UHGV virus genome: UHGV-0072281
Reading direction: 5' to 3' (one strand)
From: a virus
Length of the DNA stretch: 64,000 nt
Both the position numbers and the translations under genes were made by a program. The number at the start of each line of letters is the position of its first letter. Position 1 is the first letter of the stretch. Under the pieces are notes generated by a model. That model was not told where the DNA came from, searched no databases, and saw only the letters and a program-made list of their open reading frames with translations. This document shows positions 29,117 to 37,913 of the stretch, in pieces.

Positions 29117-29142
29117 GCCGCGCTTTAGTCGCGGCTTTTGTT
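29117..29142 (+). terminator. intrinsic terminator
   Basis: gccgcg-ctttagt-cgcggc then ttttgtt. Confidence 0.6.
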
Positions 29143-29157
29143 AAGAAGGAAAAAGAA

Positions 29158-29931
29158 ATGAAAATCCATTTAGATCACCTCTTTAAATCTGAACCGTATA
29201 TGGTTAAAGGTTCGCTGGCTTCATTGTTGCTAGACGATAGATTTCATCGAACGCTGCAATTACAATCGGTCGAATCCGCGCCAACAGAAGACGTGGGTCT
29301 TTATCAACGTATCACTTATACACGTGGAGAATATCGGCGATATAAACCTGATACGCTAACCGTTAAGCTCTGGCAAGTGGCCACAGGCAAAGTATTAACT
29401 TATCGCGCTGTTGGTCTGTACTACGTTGAACGTGCCTACGCATGGTTAGAAGAAGTTAAAGAAATGGATTACGACCGTTTAAGCAAAAGACTACGCGATA
29501 ATAACGCCAGTTTACCGCTACGTAATTATTTCTCCACAATTGAAAATAGTCGTTGTTTCGTTTCACGCGAATCCATGATATTGCCTGGGGCTGATGTTCA
29601 GACGACACTAAAAGATGTGGTTGTGAGGAAAATCTTTCATGAATCTGAACACGTTGGATTTCGTATCTATTTAACGCACAAGAGGCCATTTACCGTGATT
29701 CATCTTGTTACCGTACCCGAAGGCTCGGCAGTCGTACGTGAACTTCCTGACGCACGTGACCGTAGCCCTAATGAGCCACTTTACTTAATGTCAGGAACAA
29801 AATCAGAATCTTTGATGTCCCGTTACAGCATGGTTGATGTTGTTGATACTGCTATGAAATTAGGTTGGAAAGAAGTACAGCAACACGGCAAACAATTGCT
29901 GTTTATCGCAGATGTAAATCTCAATAACTAA
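29158..29931 (+). CDS. hypothetical protein, paralog family B member 4
   Basis: 257 aa; AAGGAAA SD; C-terminal GWKEVQQHGKQLLFIADV. Confidence 0.65.
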   Translation: MKIHLDHLFKSEPYMVKGSLASLLLDDRFHRTLQLQSVESAPTEDVGLYQRITYTRGEYRRYKPDTLTVKLWQVATGKVLTYRAVGLYYVERAYAWLEEVKEMDYDRLSKRLRDNNASLPLRNYFSTIENSRCFVSRESMILPGADVQTTLKDVVVRKIFHESEHVGFRIYLTHKRPFTVIHLVTVPEGSAVVRELPDARDRSPNEPLYLMSGTKSESLMSRYSMVDVVDTAMKLGWKEVQQHGKQLLFIADVNLNN

Positions 29932-29943
29932 AGAGGTGGTACC

Positions 29944-30522
29944 GTGTACCGATTAATAGAAATGAGAAAAGACGTTTGGTTGGAAAACCTCGTCGATGGG
30001 GAGCTTGAGGGAATAGAGCTTTCCTTACCAGAGAGAGCGGACACGGTATTGGCCTTTCTGGTAAAACAGGCAGACCGTGAACCGGTAGGAATCTTCACTG
30101 TGGACTATAAAGACCCGCGAGGGATTCATTTACGGAACATTTGCAGTGGTTTGGAAAACTTACCGGCTAATCCGTTCTTAAACTACGCAAAACGTAAACT
30201 CCGACCGGGACAACACCTCTGGGTAACGTTAGCGCCTGACATTAGAATCATGCGTGACGATTACTCGGCGTTTGTACAGGCAACGAAAGTCAGTCTGTAT
30301 AACCCGAACGCAGAGCGTACCGATATGCCGTTTATAATTACCTTAGAAGACGATGGAACGCAAGAAGGTATTGAGGCAATTACGGAATTAGTAAACTCTT
30401 ATCCGGTTGCCACTATCGAGTTAGAAAACCCAGGTCGTTTACAACTGGGTGACCTGCTCGAATGGATTGAACTGAATACAGAATTCTTAATCAATTCTCG
30501 TCAGTATCGATTCGACGTTTAA
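29944..30522 (+). CDS. hypothetical protein
   Basis: 192 aa ORF with GTG start after AGAGGTGG SD; followed by a strong terminator. Confidence 0.55.
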   Translation: MYRLIEMRKDVWLENLVDGELEGIELSLPERADTVLAFLVKQADREPVGIFTVDYKDPRGIHLRNICSGLENLPANPFLNYAKRKLRPGQHLWVTLAPDIRIMRDDYSAFVQATKVSLYNPNAERTDMPFIITLEDDGTQEGIEAITELVNSYPVATIELENPGRLQLGDLLEWIELNTEFLINSRQYRFDV

Positions 30523-30526
30523 CAAC

Positions 30527-30557
30527 GGTGGGGTGTAAACCCCACCTTTTATTTTTT
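30527..30557 (+). terminator. intrinsic terminator
   Basis: ggtggggt-gtaaa-ccccacc then ttttatttttt. Confidence 0.7.
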
Positions 30558-30580
30558 GTTCTCTAACATTAAAAATAATC

Positions 30581-30604
30581 TCAGATATATATTACTTAGG
30601 TGAG
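30581..30604 (+). promoter_or_regulatory. recurring promoter-like motif, copy 2
   Basis: tcagatatatattacttaggtgag, ~50 nt upstream of the SD of the secreted-protein block, just after a terminator. Confidence 0.3.
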
Positions 30605-30651
30605 AGTTAAGATTAACTCTTTTACTTGTTAACCCCACGAGGAGAAAAACA

Positions 30652-31113
30652 ATGAAAATTTTCACTTCCTTTTTAATCGTTCTTTTCGCAATCGGATTCA
30701 ATACTGCACACGCTGCAATCAATAGTTGGGAACAACTACAGAACCCAGGTCAGGCTGTTTACGAAATTGAAGACACCGCCGGAAACGGACTGTCTATCAA
30801 CTGTGACACTGAAACTGCGAATCGCAAATTTTACGGTCGCATGGTTTGGTATTACGGGGAACCTGTAGGTGCAACTAACGCTGAAGACAACACGCTGGAT
30901 ATCGTCGTAAATGGCAAAACTTACAACATCCCTACCGTGGATGGTAGTGACAAAGCAGAACACGCTTGGGTGGCTTTCGTTAATGCTATCGGCAATGCCA
31001 AAACTTTCAGTGTGAATATCAACGGAAACGAAGCCGCTAACTTTACCGTAGAAGGTGAACGTCTGTCTGAAACTTTCTTCCAGAACTGTGGACACACCCG
31101 TCCTAACAAATAA
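30652..31113 (+). CDS. small secreted protein (signal peptide)
   Basis: GAGGAG SD; N-terminus MKIFTSFLIVLFAIGFNTAHA/A typical of a signal peptide. Confidence 0.65.
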   Translation: MKIFTSFLIVLFAIGFNTAHAAINSWEQLQNPGQAVYEIEDTAGNGLSINCDTETANRKFYGRMVWYYGEPVGATNAEDNTLDIVVNGKTYNIPTVDGSDKAEHAWVAFVNAIGNAKTFSVNINGNEAANFTVEGERLSETFFQNCGHTRPNK

Positions 31114-31141
31114 GTATTAATCTTTTTTAGAGTGCGTGAAA

Positions 31142-31528
31142 ATGAATATCAGAACTATACTTTATACCATCATTATTTTCTGTGCAGTCGGTATTACTGC
31201 CACTTATGCTTTCGGTGAATCGGATGTCCGCTATTACGAACCGGCTCCTGACTCACCGATTATCAACCCGGATGAGACGCCTACGTTAATGCGCAGTTTC
31301 GGTAAACTGCAAGTTTATCGTTTAGTGCGTGGTGAAACGTGTACGGGATTGCTCATTGCTGACACTCGTGCACAAGTCTACCAACGTCTGACGGATATCG
31401 CCTGCGAACAACCAAAAGTCATGTCGGTCAGTATTCATCCGTTAGAGGTCGGTAACTATACTGCTGTGGACTTCTTCCATAATGCAGAACTGATTGGTCG
31501 TATTACTTTAAATCGTAGCGCTGAATAA
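31142..31528 (+). CDS. small secreted protein (signal peptide)
   Basis: ATG 31142 (track shows GTG 31136); N-terminus MNIRTILYTIIIFCAVGITATYAFG. Confidence 0.6.
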   Translation: MNIRTILYTIIIFCAVGITATYAFGESDVRYYEPAPDSPIINPDETPTLMRSFGKLQVYRLVRGETCTGLLIADTRAQVYQRLTDIACEQPKVMSVSIHPLEVGNYTAVDFFHNAELIGRITLNRSAE

Positions 31529-31546
31529 TTTAATGGAGAATTTACA

Positions 31547-32029
31547 ATGAAACGTTTACATACCCTGATGCTCTTCGTGGCTATTCTGTTCACGGGCTTT
31601 AACTTTAACGCAGAAGCGGCTAGTGTAAAACAAGCACTTAGCTGTAACCCGGAAGCCTGGGCTGAACAACCTGGTGCGTGTCCTGATATCAATACGCTCT
31701 ATACCGACGACGCTACTTATAAAGCCGCAATCGATAAAGCGTTGAAACCTGTCGGACTAGACGGGTTATTCGGTAAAGATGGCGTGATGGATGGTCCTGG
31801 CGGCGATGTTTTCCCTGTACAAATCAACGGCAAAGTCTGGCTTGAGTCTACCTCTTGCAAAAGCAATGCTTGTGGTTGGGAATACATCACGACGCTTTAT
31901 AACCCGCAGACCCATGTCGTGGTAGGTTACTATTACAACGTCGACCCAGGTTACCTGGTTTGGTTTGGCGATATCGGCGTTAATGAATTCGCCTATCTGG
32001 TTAAGAAATACGTAGCTACGGTTAATTAA
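31547..32029 (+). CDS. small secreted protein (signal peptide)
   Basis: GGAG SD; N-terminus MKRLHTLMLFVAILFTGFNFNAEAA. Confidence 0.65.
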   Translation: MKRLHTLMLFVAILFTGFNFNAEAASVKQALSCNPEAWAEQPGACPDINTLYTDDATYKAAIDKALKPVGLDGLFGKDGVMDGPGGDVFPVQINGKVWLESTSCKSNACGWEYITTLYNPQTHVVVGYYYNVDPGYLVWFGDIGVNEFAYLVKKYVATVN

Positions 32030-32044
32030 TTTAAGGAGTCTGTC

Positions 32045-32455
32045 ATGAAAACGTTTATCAAAACTTTACTCGTTGCTGTAACTGTTCTGTTCTCTCTTAA
32101 CGTAGCAGCAAAAACAGTAAAACTACCGGCGGGTATCAAATACGTCAACAGTACCGATGAATTCTACTGCACAGAAATTGACGGTCTGTATTGCCAGACA
32201 AAGAATTTGTTTGAATACAAAGGTAACAGATATGTTTTCGTTGTTGAGCAAGGCGGTGCCTGGTGCTACGACAGCCCTATGTCGGTACTCAACCTGGAAA
32301 CTGGGAAAGCACAGAAAATTGAATACAAAGACAACCAATTGTGTTCAGGCGAAAACAAACCGTTCTTCAAAATCAAAAATGGTGTCCCGACTGTAGGTAT
32401 TATCGACACTTCTGGAGCACCAATCGTTGTAGCTCAGGACAAACTTAAAATCTAA
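32045..32455 (+). CDS. small secreted protein (signal peptide)
   Basis: AAGGAG SD; N-terminus MKTFIKTLLVAVTVLFSLNVAA. Confidence 0.65.
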   Translation: MKTFIKTLLVAVTVLFSLNVAAKTVKLPAGIKYVNSTDEFYCTEIDGLYCQTKNLFEYKGNRYVFVVEQGGAWCYDSPMSVLNLETGKAQKIEYKDNQLCSGENKPFFKIKNGVPTVGIIDTSGAPIVVAQDKLKI

Positions 32456-32465
32456 GGAGTAAACC

Positions 32466-32855
32466 ATGCGTCTTATCTGCGCTTTGTTGGCGTTTTTCTC
32501 AATCGGAGTTATGGCTTCTACACACATCGACGATTTATTACTTACCCCGGCAACGAACACAGACTATCACTACAACCCACCGGGTTTTGAAGTCTGCGAA
32601 GGCGATGCAGGCGAATGCCAAGAAGTTGGCGCAGATGGACGCTATATACTCGTAAAAGCAGACGGAGGAACAACCTGCCCTGCGGGTTATTATTTCGTAC
32701 TTGACTCTGTAGCAAAAGAGGTACTTCCTGTAACGACCAAAACGTGTGACCCCACGGTTGTATTAACCCTTGCGAAAAGCAAATCACGTGACCGTCATCT
32801 TATCGTCATCGAAGAACGCGGTGAGATGTTAGGCGCTATCGAATTAGATTACTGA
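32466..32855 (+). CDS. small secreted protein (signal peptide)
   Basis: AAGGAG SD; N-terminus MRLICALLAFFSIGVMAS; followed by terminator. Confidence 0.65.
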   Translation: MRLICALLAFFSIGVMASTHIDDLLLTPATNTDYHYNPPGFEVCEGDAGECQEVGADGRYILVKADGGTTCPAGYYFVLDSVAKEVLPVTTKTCDPTVVLTLAKSKSRDRHLIVIEERGEMLGAIELDY

Positions 32856-32866
32856 TGTGTAGTCTT

Positions 32867-32904
32867 GACCCCGGTTCGTGCCGATTCGTCCGGGGTCCTT
32901 TTTA
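32867..32904 (+). terminator. intrinsic terminator
   Basis: gaccccgg-(15-nt loop)-ccggggtc then ctttttacg. Confidence 0.65.
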
Positions 32905-32933
32905 CGACTTGTTTTACCTAAAGGAGAATTAAA

Positions 32934-33410
32934 ATGCGTTTGTCTAATGTTTATCAAGCAGCCCAATTCCATCATGAACTGACGGCTAAGCCTGAGTATA
33001 TTCGCCACAACTTAACGGTGGCTTGGAAACTGTTATTGATTGCTGATGCTGCACGACACAACGACCAGGAAACCATTATCAAAACCGTGCGTACTTTACG
33101 CCCTATTGACCTGGAAACAATTTGGTCGTTTGACTTAACTCGAATTTATCATCGTCGCTTTAATGCGGCGGTGGATGCGATACGTCCTTATTTCCACTAT
33201 TTGCAAGCAACATCAGACTGTGGTCCATCCTTAGAGTGGGTCTTGGTACAAAGCGTATGGAGCGATTACATTTATCTCCTATCTTTAGAGACGGGTGAAT
33301 GCATTATCGCTAACGAGGTATTCTCAACCAACGCCGAAATGTATCGTTCCCACGCTACTATCCAGGGTGTCTCACAGCCTATCTTATCACTCACGCACTT
33401 AGGGCTGTGA
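32934..33410 (+). CDS. hypothetical protein
   Basis: 158 aa; CTAAAGGAG SD; flanked by terminators. Confidence 0.6.
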   Translation: MRLSNVYQAAQFHHELTAKPEYIRHNLTVAWKLLLIADAARHNDQETIIKTVRTLRPIDLETIWSFDLTRIYHRRFNAAVDAIRPYFHYLQATSDCGPSLEWVLVQSVWSDYIYLLSLETGECIIANEVFSTNAEMYRSHATIQGVSQPILSLTHLGL

Positions 33411-33418
33411 TTAGCCCG

Positions 33419-33446
33419 GCCCCGCTGTGTACGGGGCTTCTTTTTT
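33419..33446 (+). terminator. intrinsic terminator
   Basis: gccccg-ctgtgta-cggggc then ttcttttttg. Confidence 0.65.
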
Positions 33447-33464
33447 GCCAAAGGAAACTGAAAC

Positions 33465-34073
33465 ATGAACGAAATTACTTTGGTTCGTTTTATCGAAGCG
33501 ATGCGACTAAACGAAGCTAATCCTCACTCTCCGTTATTCATCGATTTAATGGAGGAAGAAGTCGAAGGGTTCTTAGCGTACCCGCGTTTGAAAGCGTATT
33601 TCGAACGTAAAACACCAACCGCTTACGAGAAGTTGATGTACGCGTTAGACAACCGTACTACGCTGAACACCACACCGTTTAAAGCGCTGGAAGCAATAGA
33701 CCCTACCGGGGGTGCAGGTATCCCACAACGTGTTGTGTTCTACTACATCGACAACGGCCGTATTAAAGCCGACGTTGTAAACTGGATCTCCGAAGGGGAA
33801 ATCCCAGAAACGCGTACTTTTAACCTCTGTCCGGTAGAAGAAGGTTGGGTCGCAGGAACGCATTATTCCTATCCGTATCAAAGCATCAAATCACCTTATC
33901 TGTATCCGGTGTATTTAGATGACGTTACGCCAGGAAAATGTATTCCCGTTACCAATCTGATTTGCTTACTGACGATGGAAGTTGTTGCGTCAGACGCAGG
34001 CCAGGCTTGGGTTGAGCAATCGAAAAATATCCAAAACTGGCAGCAGATGGGTTACAAACTCTACCAGCCGTAA
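33465..34073 (+). CDS. hypothetical protein
   Basis: 202 aa; AAGGAAA SD; followed by terminator. Confidence 0.6.
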   Translation: MNEITLVRFIEAMRLNEANPHSPLFIDLMEEEVEGFLAYPRLKAYFERKTPTAYEKLMYALDNRTTLNTTPFKALEAIDPTGGAGIPQRVVFYYIDNGRIKADVVNWISEGEIPETRTFNLCPVEEGWVAGTHYSYPYQSIKSPYLYPVYLDDVTPGKCIPVTNLICLLTMEVVASDAGQAWVEQSKNIQNWQQMGYKLYQP

Positions 34074-34080
34074 TACCACG

Positions 34081-34128
34081 AGAGAACCTTCGGGTTCTCT
34101 CCCTTCTCTTTTATTTTTTTTTCTTTTT
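34081..34128 (+). terminator. intrinsic terminator
   Basis: gagagaacc-ttcg-ggttctctc then T-rich run. Confidence 0.65.
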
Positions 34129-34158
34129 ACACCACGCTCCGTGAATATGGAGGTGGAC

Positions 34159-36663
34159 ATGTTAAAAGTTGAACGTATTGTACTTAAAGGATTTACCGGA
34201 ATGGGGTTACACGAAATCGAAACCTTCGATTTTACTATCCATTCCCCGACCACCATTATCCTCGGTGGTAACGGCTGCGGTAAGACCAGTTTACTGTCCG
34301 TGTTTCTACCTATCGCACCTTCGAAATCCGAATTCCGTGACGGGGGTTCTTACACCAACATCTGTTTGGTTAACGACCATCGTTACAAGTTTAAGGTTGC
34401 GCGTAAAGGCAACTCACTGGTTTGCGATATCGAGAACCTGACGACGGGTACCAAAATCGTCGAACAAGGTAATGCGAAAGTGTATAACTCTCGTGTAGAA
34501 GAAATCACGGGTATTACAAAAGAGATTAAAGAGTTACTGAACGGAGAAGTGCTTTTAACGGATGCAGGAACGGAACTGCGTCGTAAGTGGTTCTACCGTT
34601 TAAGTACGTCAGACTTAACTTACGCGTTAGGTTTTTATCAACGTTTACGAAAAAACCTGACGATGTTAAACGGCGGTGTTGAAATCACCAGCCGCAAGAT
34701 TGCAGAGTTGCGCACTCGCGTGATTGATAACGAGGAAGAACGTCAGCAGTTAGCAACACGGTTAAAAGCATTAGAAGTAGATTTACGTGAACTCAACAAA
34801 CAGATTGAACAACTGCCGGGTCTGAATCGTGACGTTACGGCGGCAACGATTCAATCGCTATTGCTTAAAATCGAAGCACCGATTAATGCTATCTTGGAAC
34901 ACCGTGGCGGATTACCTACGGAAGAACAGGTAGAGGAAGCACGACGCGTTGAAGCCACTGCCCGTGAAGCGGTGGTCTCTGCTGAAACAGAACTGTCCAT
35001 GCTAAACAAAGATTTGTCTTTGTTGATGGACGAGTCTACCCGCCAAGATTACCTGATGCGGAATCACGAGGGGTTAAAGAACACGGTTGCAAAACTGCGT
35101 GAGTTATTAAAGCAGTGGGACACCGAACATCTTTTCCCTGAACTGTTTGCGGAGACCGTTAATATCGACCAGCTTAAAGCAGCGACAGATGCGCGTGTCT
35201 GGGGACAACGTTTAGGAACAACGCTGGATGCTATTAAATCAACGGAACGGTTGAACGTACTGGAAGAGAAACTGTTGACCTTAGACCAAAACTCATCTGG
35301 GTTGCGTGACCGACTACAACGCGTTGAAAACGTATTGCAGAACCTCAACCACGAACGGAATCACTATTTGGAAACCGCCGAGGTTGATTGTCCGCAGTGT
35401 CAATTTAAATTCCGTCCGGGTGTGCGTCGTTCTTTGCCTGAATTGGAAGAAGCCATTCGTGGACAAATGGAGCAACGTAATACGTTACAGACTCAGCTTG
35501 ATTCCGTATTGCGAGACCGTACGGAATTAGAGTCGGACGTTAACTACATGCGTCAAGTACGAGAAATCGTTTTAACGTACTCGAAAGACCCGGTATTGAG
35601 TTTGTTCTTTAAACGTCTCCAGGAGCGGAATGTCTTTACGGATAACCGCAGTCAATTCGGCAGTCTGTGCGCGGAGTTTGATCATGAACTTTATTCCGCA
35701 ATTGAATACCACGAAACGAAACACCGTTTTGCTAAAGCGGAAAAAGAGTGGGCAAACGCAGTTGCAGCGGTAGGTAACGTTGATGGCGCTCTACAGCAGA
35801 AAATTGCCTTCCAGCAGGAGCGTTTGGGTAAGGCGACAGAAACGCTCTCAGAGCGCCGTAGAGAGCACGCAGTTGCTAATGATACCTTTTGTTATCTAAA
35901 CGAACTTAAAGCCACTGTAGACAATTTTAATGCGGTTTTTGAGCGTTTAGAGAACGATGTTAAGGTAACATTAACCAACACAGTGGTCGAAACGTTATTA
36001 AACGCCCGAGAAAACAAGTTGGATGCGTTCACCACAGCACGGGAACGGTACCGTCAGATGGAAAACGAACTCAACCAACTTACTGCGTTAGAAAAGGAGT
36101 TATCGGATTTACAAGCGCAGCAATTCAATAACAAACTGATGATTCAAGCGTTCTCGCCCGAGAAAGGGGTATTACGCAAATACTTCTACAACGCTATCGT
36201 GAGAATCACAGAATTAATGACGCGGTATATCGAACAAGTCTGGACCTACCCTATGCGGGTCATGCCGTGTGACTTAACCGACGGTGACTTAGACTACACG
36301 TTCCCAGTGCAGTTAAAAACCCATCCTGAACCGGTACCTGACGTGCGGAAAGGGTCGAAAGCGCAGCGGGCCATCTTTAATTTGATGTTTCGTTTAACCG
36401 CTTACAAAGCCCTGAAACTTCATCAGTATCCGCTACTGTTGGATGAACCGTCAGAAGGGATGGATGAGGAACACCGAAATAACCTCGTCGGGTTTATTAA
36501 AACCCTGGCGAATTCCGGTGAGTTCTCTCAGTTACTGGTGGTATCTCACGAAGCAGAAATTCATTCAAAACTTAACGAAGCCGCATACTGTGTTATTGAA
36601 CCTGAAGGTATAACACTGCCTGCGGTATACAACGAGGGAGTAAAAATTGTCTACGCAAACTGA
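34159..36663 (+). CDS. Rad50/SbcC-like SMC-family ATPase
   Basis: ORF 33982..36663; start moved to ATG 34159 after GGAGGTGG (ATG 34147 also possible); Walker A GGNGCGKTS, long coiled-coil middle, CPQC zinc-hook-like motif, C-terminal LLLDEP and VVSHE. Confidence 0.7.
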   Translation: MLKVERIVLKGFTGMGLHEIETFDFTIHSPTTIILGGNGCGKTSLLSVFLPIAPSKSEFRDGGSYTNICLVNDHRYKFKVARKGNSLVCDIENLTTGTKIVEQGNAKVYNSRVEEITGITKEIKELLNGEVLLTDAGTELRRKWFYRLSTSDLTYALGFYQRLRKNLTMLNGGVEITSRKIAELRTRVIDNEEERQQLATRLKALEVDLRELNKQIEQLPGLNRDVTAATIQSLLLKIEAPINAILEHRGGLPTEEQVEEARRVEATAREAVVSAETELSMLNKDLSLLMDESTRQDYLMRNHEGLKNTVAKLRELLKQWDTEHLFPELFAETVNIDQLKAATDARVWGQRLGTTLDAIKSTERLNVLEEKLLTLDQNSSGLRDRLQRVENVLQNLNHERNHYLETAEVDCPQCQFKFRPGVRRSLPELEEAIRGQMEQRNTLQTQLDSVLRDRTELESDVNYMRQVREIVLTYSKDPVLSLFFKRLQERNVFTDNRSQFGSLCAEFDHELYSAIEYHETKHRFAKAEKEWANAVAAVGNVDGALQQKIAFQQERLGKATETLSERRREHAVANDTFCYLNELKATVDNFNAVFERLENDVKVTLTNTVVETLLNARENKLDAFTTARERYRQMENELNQLTALEKELSDLQAQQFNNKLMIQAFSPEKGVLRKYFYNAIVRITELMTRYIEQVWTYPMRVMPCDLTDGDLDYTFPVQLKTHPEPVPDVRKGSKAQRAIFNLMFRLTAYKALKLHQYPLLLDEPSEGMDEEHRNNLVGFIKTLANSGEFSQLLVVSHEAEIHSKLNEAAYCVIEPEGITLPAVYNEGVKIVYAN

Positions 36664-36847
36664 TTGGTGGCGTCAGTTACTAAGCGTTTTAGGCTTTAGC
36701 GTCATGGTGCTGGTTGCCATTCTGTACGTGCTATTTTGTATAACGGCGATTTTATGGGTGGTCTTAGCGTACGCGATTAGGCTCACCTGGGGTTCAATTT
36801 GGCACCAACGCGAATGTGAGTGGCGGTGTGTTGGAGGGAAGTCATGA
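36647..36847 (+). CDS. small hydrophobic membrane protein
   Basis: 66 aa with TTG start after GGGAG SD; two hydrophobic helices. Confidence 0.45.
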   Translation: MSTQTDWWRQLLSVLGFSVMVLVAILYVLFCITAILWVVLAYAIRLTWGSIWHQRECEWRCVGGKS

Positions 36848-36954
36848 TTGAGGGTATTCTGTTAACACTTGGGTCGTTGTGGATTATTGGGAAATCCCTC
36901 AACTGGCTGATTAAAAAGCACGGATGGGCTTTCAAAGGCTCTACGTACAGTTAA
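36844..36954 (+). CDS. tiny hydrophobic peptide (36 aa)
   Basis: ATGA start/stop overlap with previous ORF; MIEGILLTLGSLWIIGKSLNWLIKKHGWAFKGSTYS; below the ORF-track cutoff. Confidence 0.35.
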   Translation: MIEGILLTLGSLWIIGKSLNWLIKKHGWAFKGSTYS

Positions 36955-36963
36955 GTTAGAACC

Positions 36964-36991
36964 CCCTCCTGGGTAACTGGGAGGGTGTTTT
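36964..36991 (+). terminator. possible terminator/attenuator between tiny ORFs
   Basis: ccctcc-(10-nt loop)-ggaggg then tgtttta; short U-tract. Confidence 0.4.
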
Positions 36992-37005
36992 ACGAGGGAA
37001 GAACT

Positions 37006-37134
37006 ATGACTGTTGTCAATACTACCAATGCTGCAATCGGCGCTTTATATAACGCGGAACTAACATGGGGTGCGGGTTTTATTACCGTACTGCTTCTCGC
37101 CGCAGCCGCTTTTATCATTGGACGTTGGTTTTAA
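37006..37134 (+). CDS. tiny hydrophobic peptide (42 aa)
   Basis: GAGGGAAG SD; MTVVNTTNAAIGALYNAELTWGAGFITVLLLAAAAFIIGRWF; below the ORF-track cutoff. Confidence 0.4.
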   Translation: MTVVNTTNAAIGALYNAELTWGAGFITVLLLAAAAFIIGRWF

Positions 37135-37166
37135 TTTCATCTTTTTGCGTCTGTAAGGTCTGATAA

Positions 37167-37610
37167 ATGGAAATTTATTTGTTGAACGCACATTCTAAAA
37201 TCGGTGAGCAGCAAGCGAAAGATTTACTCGCACTCCATTACCGTTACTTAGATCACCAAGCAACGATGCTGAAAATCAAAACCGCTGTACCGAAATTAAA
37301 CGTGCGTCAACTGATCGAAGGCAACTGTGTTGTTCTGATTTATATCGACGATGTTGCGGTGGGTTATTGCAGTTACCGTAATCGCAACGGGGTACTCAAA
37401 ATTCGTTCGTTATACGTGCTGCCCGATTACCGTCAGCGTGGGGTAATGAAAGAAATCTTCAAAGCGATAGCCACTGATGAAACATTCGGTGAAATTGCAA
37501 TTGGGATGTACACGAAGTGCAAAGAAGCGAAAGAGTATTTCATTCGTCGTGGCTACAAAGCAACCTATTCTCACGATAAAGAATGGGTGGAATTCAGTAA
37601 AACTTTCTAA
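37167..37610 (+). CDS. GNAT-family N-acetyltransferase
   Basis: 147 aa; VLPDYRQRGVMKEIFKAI resembles the acetyl-CoA-binding motif; C-terminal EAKEYFIRRGYK. Confidence 0.55.
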   Translation: MEIYLLNAHSKIGEQQAKDLLALHYRYLDHQATMLKIKTAVPKLNVRQLIEGNCVVLIYIDDVAVGYCSYRNRNGVLKIRSLYVLPDYRQRGVMKEIFKAIATDETFGEIAIGMYTKCKEAKEYFIRRGYKATYSHDKEWVEFSKTF

Positions 37611-37626
37611 AACAATAAAGGCTCTC

Positions 37627-37655
37627 TTGACGTTCCTCACTATGAGTGTGAGAAT
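37627..37655 (+). promoter_or_regulatory. sigma70-like promoter candidate
   Basis: TTGACG, 17-nt spacer, TGtGAGAAT (extended -10-like), ~20 nt upstream of ATG 37677. Confidence 0.3.
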
Positions 37656-37676
37656 TTTACGTCAGGAGAGCTACTT

Positions 37677-37913
37677 ATGTTAAACAGTTTCGGTGTAGGT
37701 GGAATGGATACAAGCATTTGCTGGAAAGAATACGAACGTGCAAATGCATTTCTCCAGCATCCCAACGTGGGTAAGATCGGTCAGGTGTGTTTTGGTAAAC
37801 CTGCACTGACAGCCTGTATTCAAGGTGCGTTAGGAACGCTGCCACCTGAATCACCTTTCGAGCCTAAGGAGAATCCAGATGTTACCAGGAACCCAAACCC
37901 CGTATCTATTTAG
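37677..37913 (+). CDS. hypothetical protein
   Basis: 78 aa; AGGAGAG SD. Confidence 0.5.
   Translation: MLNSFGVGGMDTSICWKEYERANAFLQHPNVGKIGQVCFGKPALTACIQGALGTLPPESPFEPKENPDVTRNPNPVSI

Noticed and set aside
33982-34158. Upstream extensions of ORFs 33982..36663 and 51536..52543
   Set aside because: Extensions overlap the preceding gene or terminator; internal ATGs at 34159 and 51659 have strong SD sequences.
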